The notes under the pieces are model-generated. The model was given only the letters and a program-made list of their open reading frames with translations. It made no database searches and was not told the DNA's origin. A stretch of DNA of 29,896 bases from a virus. Taxonomy: Duplodnaviria > Caudoviricetes. How positions within the stretch are numbered: position 1 is the first letter of the stretch; each line of letters opens with the position of its first letter. Location: positions 1 to 29,896 of IMG/VR virus record IMGVR_UViG_3300031857_000972, one strand, 5' to 3'. The position numbers and the translations under genes were made by a program. Of this stretch, positions 18,868 to 26,454 are shown one piece after another.

Positions 18868-19287
18868 TCAATGTCCTCTCTTTAGCCAGCGGCACTTATC
18901 TGCCCACATGACCAAGACCATCAAATCCGCCCCGGGGGCGGCATCCTTCATTACAAATTCTTCTTCAAACCCAAGCTTCTTGTCGAACGCAATAATGTGT
19001 GGTTCGTTTGTGGGCACCATACCTGTCAGCCGCTTGAGCCCTAACTGCCTGAAGCAGTAGTCGCCCACTACGAAAAAGAGGGAGAACAAGGTCTTACCCG
19101 GCTTGTCTATTGCTATGTGGCAAATTGCGTTGGCTCCGTTAATCTGATGGACGACAACGCCAGCAACCAACTGCCCGCCTTGCTCTACCCCAAAAGCGTT
19201 ATACCCTTCCCACTGCACCTGCTGCCCAACCCTGCCGGCAACCCAATCCGCCACTCTTTCTCGATCGTAAAGTACAAGGTCTGCCAT
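18868..19287 (-). CDS. GNAT-fold protein (positional equivalent of P22 gp14 / T7 gp13)
   Basis: FRQLGLKRLTGMVPTNE...KKLGFEEE is the RimJ/RimL-like C-terminal motif; it lies just upstream of the ejection genes. Confidence 0.8.
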   Translation of the reverse strand: MADLVLYDRERVADWVAGRVGQQVQWEGYNAFGVEQGGQLVAGVVVHQINGANAICHIAIDKPGKTLFSLFFVVGDYCFRQLGLKRLTGMVPTNEPHIIAFDKKLGFEEEFVMKDAAPGADLMVLVMWADKCRWLKRGH

Positions 19288-19326
19288 GCGCCGTGTATAT
19301 CACAAGGTTAACAATATGTGAAGAGG

Positions 19327-19515
19327 TTACTCTGATAAATCTGGTTTCGGCGCGCTGTCTTTTACAGCCTTAATTGCATCGTAGAACTGTTGTACTTTTG
19401 GTAATTCCCCCCTGTCCATTGCGTGCCACAACATATCCAACTGGTCGGCAATTTTTGGGTACGTCCTAGCTCTAACCACCGAGTAGTCTGTGCGGTGAGT
19501 GATTTTGTTCGTCAT
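19327..19515 (-). CDS. Small tail-fibre-associated (chaperone-like) protein
   Basis: RARTYPKIADQLDMLWH...IKAVKD motif; ATGA-coupled; downstream of the fibre gene. Confidence 0.7.
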   Translation of the reverse strand: MTNKITHRTDYSVVRARTYPKIADQLDMLWHAMDRGELPKVQQFYDAIKAVKDSAPKPDLSE

Positions 19516-19862
19516 ACCACCACCTCGAAGTGTTTATCTAAGTAAGGGAAGCAGTACAGAGCAAAACGATTCACACCCGGACTGAAGTCAAGTTCAGTAT
19601 CCCCCGCCGCGATAGGGTATGTGGTGCCTTCGATGACAAGCTCGCCGGCTACTGGTACTCCAACGATCGTATTACCAACTACTTCGGCGGGGTTAGGTAG
19701 ACGCTCAAGTAACTCGCCGTTGTTTACATACTGTTTCCTCGGGTCGCCGACTAGCTCAATATACGGATACTGTTCATAGTCGGAAACATCAATATCAATA
19801 CCAGACGCGCTGTATGCGTAGACTATTCGCCCCTGTTGATCGTAGTATGTTTTCTCTTCCAT
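19512..19862 (-). CDS. Hypothetical tail-fibre-associated protein
   Basis: 116 aa, acidic and beta-rich; starts 1 nt after the fibre stop. Confidence 0.7.
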   Translation of the reverse strand: MEEKTYYDQQGRIVYAYSASGIDIDVSDYEQYPYIELVGDPRKQYVNNGELLERLPNPAEVVGNTIVGVPVAGELVIEGTTYPIAAGDTELDFSPGVNRFALYCFPYLDKHFEVVV

Positions 19863-19863
19863 T

Positions 19864-21321
19864 TTATTTCTTCAGAATAAACACAGCCCATTGAAAAGCG
19901 TCATACGGCAAAAAACCTTGGTTGTTAAAGTTTGTGGCATTGTATGAAATCTGTGCACCGGTACCGGTGTCTTGGAACGCCACAACCATATCCGCCCATA
20001 CCCTTGCCCACCCACCGTTGGGGTCTGGATAAGATACGCAAACAGGCGCTTGGGCATCGTCATAAACATTTCCATTTTTTCTAATACGTATGTAAGAAAT
20101 AGTAGACTGATTATCTTGAGCTGTTTCAGAAGCAAACCCCCTGCAAATAGCAAGGATGCTGGAGTTTGACGGCGGAGTAAAAGTAACTGTCGCACCATTG
20201 ACAAAGGTAGCCGCCGAAACCGCAAAGTCTCCGATCTTGGCTGTGGTGACTGCAAGATTGCCTATTTTTGCTTCTGTTACAGCCAATGAGGCAATCTTCG
20301 CCGAGTCAACAGCCAGCGCACCGATCTTTGCATTGGTTACAGCTAAATCAGCGATCTTTGCAGAATCAACAGCCAACGCAGCGATCTTTGCGTTGGTCAC
20401 AGCTAAATCAGCGATCTTTGCAGAATCAACAGCCAGCGCAGCGATCTTCGCATTGGTAACAGCCAAGTCAGCAATCTTTGCTGACTCCACAGCTAGGTTG
20501 GCGATCTTCGCATTGGTAACGGCTAAATCCGCAATCTTTGCTTCAGTTACAGCTAGTGCGGCGATCTTCGCGGAGTCAACAGCTAGCGCGGCGATCTTCG
20601 CGTTTGTTACAGCAAGATCATCGAGCTTTAAAGAAGTGACGGACAGATTTGCAATTTTTGCAGTATCTACCGCTAAGTTTCTTATTTTGGCATTGCCAAT
20701 TGTAGCGTCGGCGATCCATGCTTCTTTTATATAAGTACCGGCAGGGATCGTAACGCCGTTAATTACTGTCGGTGAATCGAGATGAAAAAATGGTGCCGGA
20801 CCTGTTACACCATACTCATCCGACAATACATTGATGTAGTACTCAGGGTCAGTGCCAGTTTGCCCCATCACCCCCACAGTGGAGTTATATGGGCCTGCTA
20901 GATTCTCTGTATTTACAAACCGAATCCAGTAGTATCTAGTAGCACTCGACCCAATAGCGTGGGTGAACGTAACTCCTGCAGACATCCCAACGAGAGCTTT
21001 TGCAGAAAAGTCGTTTGTAGCAGCAGCCCATACTTCTGTGTACGAATGCCCGTTGTAGTTAGGCGCGTTCCATGTAACGATGATATTGTCTAGCGCACCA
21101 GCCGCAGCTAAACCTGTAGGTACACCGGGCTCATCCACGGTGTATACCGTTGGCAACGTCAACGAACCACTAGGTGTAGTGCCAACAACTCCGCCGGCGC
21201 GTAGCTCTTTTACTGTTACGAATCGGTTCTCGTCTCCATTAGTGATGTATTCACGAACTTTATCAAGAAAGTTGCGAAGGTCATTAGGAATGGTAGAAGC
21301 TATTCGCGGCAGGCTACGCAT
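19864..21321 (-). CDS. Tail fibre/spike with FN3-like domain and decapeptide-repeat shaft
   Basis: PTGLAA...IIVTW...YTEVW...RYYWIRFVN (FN3-like), YIKEAWIADATIGNAKI, 16 xxLAVxxAKI repeats and a C-terminal globular domain. Confidence 0.82.
   Translation of the reverse strand: MRSLPRIASTIPNDLRNFLDKVREYITNGDENRFVTVKELRAGGVVGTTPSGSLTLPTVYTVDEPGVPTGLAAAGALDNIIVTWNAPNYNGHSYTEVWAAATNDFSAKALVGMSAGVTFTHAIGSSATRYYWIRFVNTENLAGPYNSTVGVMGQTGTDPEYYINVLSDEYGVTGPAPFFHLDSPTVINGVTIPAGTYIKEAWIADATIGNAKIRNLAVDTAKIANLSVTSLKLDDLAVTNAKIAALAVDSAKIAALAVTEAKIADLAVTNAKIANLAVESAKIADLAVTNAKIAALAVDSAKIADLAVTNAKIAALAVDSAKIADLAVTNAKIGALAVDSAKIASLAVTEAKIGNLAVTTAKIGDFAVSAATFVNGATVTFTPPSNSSILAICRGFASETAQDNQSTISYIRIRKNGNVYDDAQAPVCVSYPDPNGGWARVWADMVVAFQDTGTGAQISYNATNFNNQGFLPYDAFQWAVFILKK
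20233..20712 (-). repeat. Coding tandem repeat of 16 x 30 nt with a 60-nt higher-order period
   Basis: ADLAVTNAKI and AALAVDSAKI units alternate; 20341-20400 and 20401-20460 differ at only 4 of 60 positions. Confidence 0.92.
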
Positions 21322-23935
21322 TGGCTATTTCCTCCGCAGACTGCGCGACTACTACGCTAAATACCTGCGCGGTACCCTCAAGCTGCACTTCCCAATCTCT
21401 GCCCGATGTAGGCGGCAGTTTAAACATAGTTCGGCTTGTTACGGTCTGGGTATGGAATGGCGTAGTTGAGTTGTCGCAATAAAATCTAGCTGTGACTGGG
21501 TAAGATTCAGCCTCTACTTTGGCACAACCCAGACTCAACACTCGCGGCATCGTAAATATTTTTGAACGCCATGTATACGACAGATTGGTGCCATCGAACC
21601 ATTTTTTAATGGTGTTGTTCGCAAACGCCAAAAACAATTGGTCACGTAGCAAATCATTGAAACCTGCAGTAGCGTACAGATTATGAAAAATAAACTGTCC
21701 TGAAATAAGATCGTAGACAAACCCGCCCTGTACATCCCCAGTATCGTAGAACGCTACATACTTGTTATCGTGGGTGTAGGCATGAATTGACTCCGGCACG
21801 AGAGATTGCCACTGAGCGCGGGTAAACATGCCATCAGTAATGATTCGTGAACCGCCAGATGCCAACATAATTAGTCCATCTGGGCTGGCGTAAATTACAG
21901 AGCCATTCACACTAACGATGCTGCGCTTAGATGCGCAAGCTTGTTGCAGGTCTGACTTAACCACAACCATGCTGTCTGGGTGGGAGCCTTGTATAAAATA
22001 CGGCACGCCCTTAGTCAGCACGACCAACGTAGTATCCATGCGACCTAGACCAACCACCGGGTAATCTACTGTTTGCACATAGGATTGAGGCCAAGCATGA
22101 GGGTGGTATGGATCACAAAAATAAATATCTCGGCCAGTAAACCCAGCCATTATCCCATTAGGTAGGTTAATTAGCCCAGTCAAAGTCGCTGGCGGCTCAG
22201 ACCAACCAGTTACTATCATCTCTTCGCTCAAATCATCTGACGATATTTCATCAATATATGAAGTTTGCGCGGAAGGAATTTCAGCAACAAACAAATACAC
22301 GCCATTGACAGACCTGTATATTCTGCGGGCAGTAAGGATGTACCCACTATACAAACCTGCCGGTTCGAAGTTGCTTAGTGTGACAGTCTGGTCTTTGTAT
22401 ACATCAACAGCCAGCGATGCTTCTGCTGGGCCACTTTCAAATTCGAAACCAGACACTTTGCTGACCCAAGTGTAGGTGTATACACGAGTCTCGGGCACTG
22501 AGGTAGCGTCTTGGTATCCAGCTGCGGATAGAGTGAAATACGAGTTAGTAGAAGTTGTAGGGTACGTACCGCCCCTGAATCTAATATTAGATGTAGTGCC
22601 CCGCGTGATTGTCTCAATAAGAAGCGCAGAAGAGTCGTCACCGATCGGAGTGATGGAACAATTCGGTATATTCAAAAATAGTGTGGAGTTGCTTGGTACT
22701 TCCACCTTAGTCTCAGAACCGGAGTTCAGCGTAAGCGCGTAGAATTTGCCTTTCACATAGTCATTAAACTGGGACAGTGTGAGAATAATTCTGGCGGTGC
22801 CTGCTGTGTCCTTCGCAGCCGCTACTGGATATTTGGTTTCTTCTGGGGTGTCTGCTTCGCCCAAGATGAAATTAAGCTTGCCCACTACAGATGGAGAAGC
22901 AGTGCTCTGGCCATAAATCCCCGGAGTAACGACAACAGAGTTACCATAGGCTGCGACAGTTAGCGCGCCACTATACGGGTTGACAAAATTAGCGTTTAGC
23001 CAATTGGCAAAATCAGAAGCAGTGCTGAACGGCCCGGGGGCAAGTTGGTTGAACACAGTCGTCATAACACCAGACGTGTTCGTGGCTTGCAACCTAACCT
23101 GCAGAGTGCTATCAATAGACGCCCACTGACTTTGTTTAATTACATACAAAGGCTGATCGCGCGTTGTGCCTGTTGCCTGTAAGTCGAGGGCGTTGTAAGT
23201 AAAAAGCCCAGTTGTGTCGTATGAAGTGGCTGAGCCGGTAATCCCCCGGAATAAAATTGTAGCGGAGGTGCCAGTAGCGGTTGTAGTGACTAAAACATCA
23301 TTGAGATCAACAGTAGCAGTTACACCAACTACGACCGCGTTGATCCTATCTTTGACGTATGTAGCTCTGTTTGTGGCAGGGAGTGAAGGGAGTGTCACCA
23401 GCGTGTAGTTAGTCCCATCATCCAGACTTATTTCTAAGCCGGCGGTAGTTAGGTTCGCTAACGCAGACGCATCTAAAATCAATTCTGCTGCATACGCAGT
23501 AGGTGTAAACGTAGGTACGGTTGCTTGTAAAGCCGTCTTAGGGATAGGTACACCAAGCGGTATTGTCTGCGCAGGGTATGGAGAAGAAGCTAGCGCAATG
23601 GTGTTGTAGGTAGCTTTAGGCGGACCATCACCAGTGTAGAAAGTCCACTCCACAGGATCGCCAGCGATCTGCCCACGGCAAACATCCACATCGAAGTTCC
23701 AGCTGAACCAGTACCGCGCGTCCTCATCAACATCTTGGCCGTAGCGGTAAATAGAAGTAGGAGTGCCTGCGCTACTAAGTGTCGCCACTGCGGAAGCAGA
23801 AACACCGGGAAGCGGTACAAGCGCGCCGGCAAACACCGGGCAGTTAATAGCCACCTGAGCCTGAGAATCTTGCAGGTAACGTGGCGGCGTTTTGGGAGAC
23901 ACACCACCGAACGACTTGATTGCGAAACCTGCCAT
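21314..23935 (-). CDS. Tail tubular/nozzle (stabilisation-like) protein with a large central insertion
   Basis: MAGFAIKSFGGVSPK start, beta-propeller-like C-terminal half (PYHPHAWP, QQACASKRS, YTWRSKIF); SD TAAGGAG. Confidence 0.7.
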   Translation of the reverse strand: MAGFAIKSFGGVSPKTPPRYLQDSQAQVAINCPVFAGALVPLPGVSASAVATLSSAGTPTSIYRYGQDVDEDARYWFSWNFDVDVCRGQIAGDPVEWTFYTGDGPPKATYNTIALASSPYPAQTIPLGVPIPKTALQATVPTFTPTAYAAELILDASALANLTTAGLEISLDDGTNYTLVTLPSLPATNRATYVKDRINAVVVGVTATVDLNDVLVTTTATGTSATILFRGITGSATSYDTTGLFTYNALDLQATGTTRDQPLYVIKQSQWASIDSTLQVRLQATNTSGVMTTVFNQLAPGPFSTASDFANWLNANFVNPYSGALTVAAYGNSVVVTPGIYGQSTASPSVVGKLNFILGEADTPEETKYPVAAAKDTAGTARIILTLSQFNDYVKGKFYALTLNSGSETKVEVPSNSTLFLNIPNCSITPIGDDSSALLIETITRGTTSNIRFRGGTYPTTSTNSYFTLSAAGYQDATSVPETRVYTYTWVSKVSGFEFESGPAEASLAVDVYKDQTVTLSNFEPAGLYSGYILTARRIYRSVNGVYLFVAEIPSAQTSYIDEISSDDLSEEMIVTGWSEPPATLTGLINLPNGIMAGFTGRDIYFCDPYHPHAWPQSYVQTVDYPVVGLGRMDTTLVVLTKGVPYFIQGSHPDSMVVVKSDLQQACASKRSIVSVNGSVIYASPDGLIMLASGGSRIITDGMFTRAQWQSLVPESIHAYTHDNKYVAFYDTGDVQGGFVYDLISGQFIFHNLYATAGFNDLLRDQLFLAFANNTIKKWFDGTNLSYTWRSKIFTMPRVLSLGCAKVEAESYPVTARFYCDNSTTPFHTQTVTSRTMFKLPPTSGRDWEVQLEGTAQVFSVVVAQSAEEIANA

Positions 23936-23937
23936 GA

Positions 23938-23949
23938 CTACTCCTTATT
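23938..23949. repeat. 12-bp direct repeat, copy 1 (ctactccttatt)
   Basis: Identical to 25814-25825; contains the SD of the tail tubular gene. Confidence 0.6.
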
Positions 23950-24256
23950 TACCACCCCAAGTAAGACCGGTCTTGACTGAGAAGCCAAGCACCATCAATC
24001 CGAGCGCAGCGATCAACCCCCAGATGATGCCCTTGCGAATAAGCTCTTGTCGCAACTTTGTCCAGAACTCAGTCTGGGCTTTAGCTGCAGCAATCATCTC
24101 ATCGTGATACCGGCGATGCCCAAGGGTATCCACATTCCCAAACTCATCTTCTGGAAATGCTCCTTTGAGAATTTTCAAATCTGCAAGGGCTTCGTCCAAT
24201 TGCGCCTCTATGTGGCTAAGAGTTCGTTCGGTTCGGTCTGTTCTGAGTTCTGGCAT
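23945..24256 (-). CDS. Small membrane protein (coiled coil plus C-terminal TM helix)
   Basis: GIIWGLIAALGLMVLGFSV hydrophobic segment; start overlaps the end of the glycosyltransferase. Confidence 0.7.
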   Translation of the reverse strand: MPELRTDRTERTLSHIEAQLDEALADLKILKGAFPEDEFGNVDTLGHRRYHDEMIAAAKAQTEFWTKLRQELIRKGIIWGLIAALGLMVLGFSVKTGLTWGGK

Positions 24257-25317
24257 TGCTCCATCTCCGCCTTCATTTTCAATAGGTTGGCGGCGATCCG
24301 CCCGTCATTCGGAGCCATTTTAGCGGCTGTTTCGCAATAAGCAAGAGCCTCTTCTTTGAGGTCTAGATGCCACGCTGCGATCGATGCAAGGTCGTACAAA
24401 GGCTCTTCCCATACCCGAGGGTCGCAGGTGTAGACCAGTTGCTTATTCTCTATCGTCAAACCCTTGGCAGCTGCTGTCAGACACCCACCCCAGTCCTGAC
24501 GGTTGTGGTAAGCCAAAGCGAGGTCGTGCCACGGCTCACGGGTGTTCGGGGCTTCGGCGCAAGCTTGTTTGTACCATTCCAGCGCTTCTGCCGGCTGCTG
24601 CAGGGCGTCATAAGCTTTCCCCAGTAAGCGCATGGCGTAGCACCGCTCGTTCGGCCAGTCGGCCTTGGGGTTGTCTAGGTACTTCAGAAGGGCTACAGCG
24701 GCCTCGCCCCACTTGGAGTAGAACGTCAGTTCCCGAGCGAAATAGAAGGCGTTGCGCGGGCAGTGGGGGTCTTCCTTGACGGCGAGGCGCAGCAGGTCAA
24801 GATACTGGCCACGGCTCTTGGTGGGGTCTGGCAAATGGGACACCAACAACATATCGCTGTGTGCGTAAACTTCCTCTATGCGACCATCCGGGCGCGGGTA
24901 TTCATGGACCGGGTGATGGAATCGATACCCATGCCTAGAAAATATTTTTTCGTAAAAGAAACTAATACCACAACCCCAATCAAACTTGTATCGAAGCCGG
25001 GTAGTATTCTCTTTCCACACCCGCTCAATTTCCTGTCGCCATCCGAGTTCCAATACTTCATCCAGATCAAGACTAATCACTATATCGATATCTTTTGGTA
25101 AAAGAGCAATAGCGGCGTTTCTTGCTAGGTCAAACCGCCACGGCGATATACAAATCTCATGAACAACAGTTTTAGGATGGCGTCGTGCGCGAGCAACCGT
25201 GCCGTCAGTAGAGCCAGTGTCAGCGATTAAAATTAAGTCGGCATCTGCAGCAGACGCGCAGAACCGGTCAACAAACTGTTCTTCATTTTTTGAAATAGCA
25301 TTAACGGCGATTTTCAT
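24208..25317 (-). CDS. GT2-family glycosyltransferase with C-terminal TPR repeats
   Basis: MKIAVNAISKNEE, DTGSTDGT, FDLARN, DxD motif LDLDE, HHPVHE, then TPR-like helices. I moved the start from 25365 to the ATG at 25317, where the GT2 fold begins. Confidence 0.9.
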   Translation of the reverse strand: MKIAVNAISKNEEQFVDRFCASAADADLILIADTGSTDGTVARARRHPKTVVHEICISPWRFDLARNAAIALLPKDIDIVISLDLDEVLELGWRQEIERVWKENTTRLRYKFDWGCGISFFYEKIFSRHGYRFHHPVHEYPRPDGRIEEVYAHSDMLLVSHLPDPTKSRGQYLDLLRLAVKEDPHCPRNAFYFARELTFYSKWGEAAVALLKYLDNPKADWPNERCYAMRLLGKAYDALQQPAEALEWYKQACAEAPNTREPWHDLALAYHNRQDWGGCLTAAAKGLTIENKQLVYTCDPRVWEEPLYDLASIAAWHLDLKEEALAYCETAAKMAPNDGRIAANLLKMKAEMEQCQNSEQTEPNELLAT

Positions 25318-25795
25318 CTCTAGCCCATTCTCCAAAGTATTTTTGTTCTGCTTCTTTTCTAGCAACTACTGCGTCTTCAAACCTAGTAAATCTCCCTAAG
25401 TTTATTTGCTTGTGGTTAACTTTTATACTAGCCCGCCATTTTCTATTTGCTATATCAAAAGACACCCCAACAACACCAGATTTGTTACGACGAGACTTAG
25501 GTAGATTTTTCCCATTTTGTGCGTTAGTAGCTTCACGCAAATTATCTATTCTGTTGTCTGTTTTATCTCCGTTAATATGGTCTATCTGCTCTAAGGGCCA
25601 AACACCGTGGTGTAGCACCCATGCAATTCTATGGGCTTGGAACCGCCTACCGTTGATTAAAACCCCTCTGTAGCCACTATGAAGCAAAGTACCAGCAGGG
25701 GCTTTTTTTATCTTCCCTTTCCCTTTTGCTACCCAATACAGATGTCCTGTTTCTGGGCAATACCGTAGGAGTTGCTGAAGTTCATGTATATTCAT
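25301..25795 (-). CDS. HNH-AP2 free-standing homing endonuclease
   Basis: AHRIAW, IDHINGDKTDNRIDNLREAT..QN, then AP2-like SGVVGV...KWRASI...LGRF...AVVAR; low GC (38% in sampled line 25441-25500). Confidence 0.92.
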   Translation of the reverse strand: MNIHELQQLLRYCPETGHLYWVAKGKGKIKKAPAGTLLHSGYRGVLINGRRFQAHRIAWVLHHGVWPLEQIDHINGDKTDNRIDNLREATNAQNGKNLPKSRRNKSGVVGVSFDIANRKWRASIKVNHKQINLGRFTRFEDAVVARKEAEQKYFGEWARDENRR

Positions 25796-25813
25796 GCTTC
25801 GATATATACCACG

Positions 25814-25825
25814 CTACTCCTTATT
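25814..25825. repeat. 12-bp direct repeat, copy 2 (ctactccttatt)
   Basis: The last four codons of Rz (AAT AAG GAG TAG); identical to 23938-23949. Confidence 0.6.
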
Positions 25826-26284
25826 AAGCAACTTTTTTATTTGGTTGTACTGGGCGACGCAGTGGTTGAGTTCTTTTTGGAGTCGGTCGGCGTCGGCACT
25901 GTACCTTGCAAGAAACTCTCCATCTCCTTTTGCCAGCTGCGCTCCGGAGGCTGCACTACAAGTTCCGGAATCCTTGGACACTCCACCGTCCTTGGGGCGC
26001 TCGGGGCGGTCGCGCAGGCTGTTAAGAAGAGCGGCGCTACGAGCATTAGCTTCACGTATCTCACGATCTTTTTGCTCCCGTGTTTTGTCAGCAACGGACT
26101 GCGCTTCGCGTTCCTTCTCCCGTTGCTCCTGAAGGTTTTTGGCGTATTCCTCAGCAAGACGGGCCTTGTCCTTATCCCACAACTGCTGGACATGGGCTTG
26201 CCCTGCCTCGTCGCCTTTCCAATAGCCAACACCGCCGGCGATGCCGACGGCGAGAACTGCGCCTAGAAGAAAGTAGGGGTTCAT
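25814..26284 (-). CDS. Rz: i-spanin (Rz-like)
   Basis: Start moved to the ATG at 26284 (ATGA overlap): TM MNPYFLLGAVLAVGIAGGVGYW, then a coiled coil and two Cys; contains an embedded lipoprotein gene. Confidence 0.85.
   Translation of the reverse strand: MNPYFLLGAVLAVGIAGGVGYWKGDEAGQAHVQQLWDKDKARLAEEYAKNLQEQREKEREAQSVADKTREQKDREIREANARSAALLNSLRDRPERPKDGGVSKDSGTCSAASGAQLAKGDGEFLARYSADADRLQKELNHCVAQYNQIKKLLNKE
25837..26064 (-). CDS. Rz1: o-spanin (Rz1-like lipoprotein), fully embedded in Rz
   Basis: GTG start after GGGAG gives MRYVKLMLVAPLFLTAC (lipobox LTAC) and a Pro-rich mature part with a second Cys. Alternative starts are 26055 and 26046. Confidence 0.8.
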   Translation of the reverse strand: MRYVKLMLVAPLFLTACATAPSAPRTVECPRIPELVVQPPERSWQKEMESFLQGTVPTPTDSKKNSTTASPSTTK

Positions 26285-26445
26285 TTTTTGGGCGGAATCG
26301 CGGTGCCTTCCAGCTTCTTGTGGACCTTGACCGTCTTGCACACTTCCTTCTTGGTCTTGGGGTCGGTGTCGCACACCTTCTTCATCTCGCCGCCGGCGAA
26401 GGATACCATCGGCACAAACGCCAGAGCCAACATTAGCTTTTTCAT
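26281..26445 (-). CDS. Small secreted basic protein, 54 aa, two Cys (not in ORF track)
   Basis: SD AGGAGG; MKKLMLALAFVPMVSFA signal peptide, then GGEMKKVCDTDPKTKKEVCKTVKVHKKLEGTAIPPKK; its stop overlaps the Rz ATG. Confidence 0.82.
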   Translation of the reverse strand: MKKLMLALAFVPMVSFAGGEMKKVCDTDPKTKKEVCKTVKVHKKLEGTAIPPKK

Positions 26446-26454
26446 ACATACCTC

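Noticed and set aside
20156-20734. 192-aa plus-strand ORF with AIFALVTAKS repeats
   Set aside because: Mirror of the fibre repeat, whose codons happen to lack antisense stops; no independent evidence.
19864-21321. Diversity-generating retroelement targeting the fibre
   Set aside because: No reverse transcriptase and no adenine-mismatched template/variable repeat pair were seen in the window.
25318-25365. Upstream TTG start for the glycosyltransferase
   Set aside because: It lies inside the HNH gene and adds 16 residues before the first GT2 strand; the ATG at 25317 fits better.
26285-26449. N-terminal extension of the 211-aa ORF 25814..26449
   Set aside because: It places 55 hydrophilic residues before the spanin TM. 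The same DNA encodes a better ORF in another frame (26281-26445, signal peptide), whose stop overlaps the ATG at 26284.
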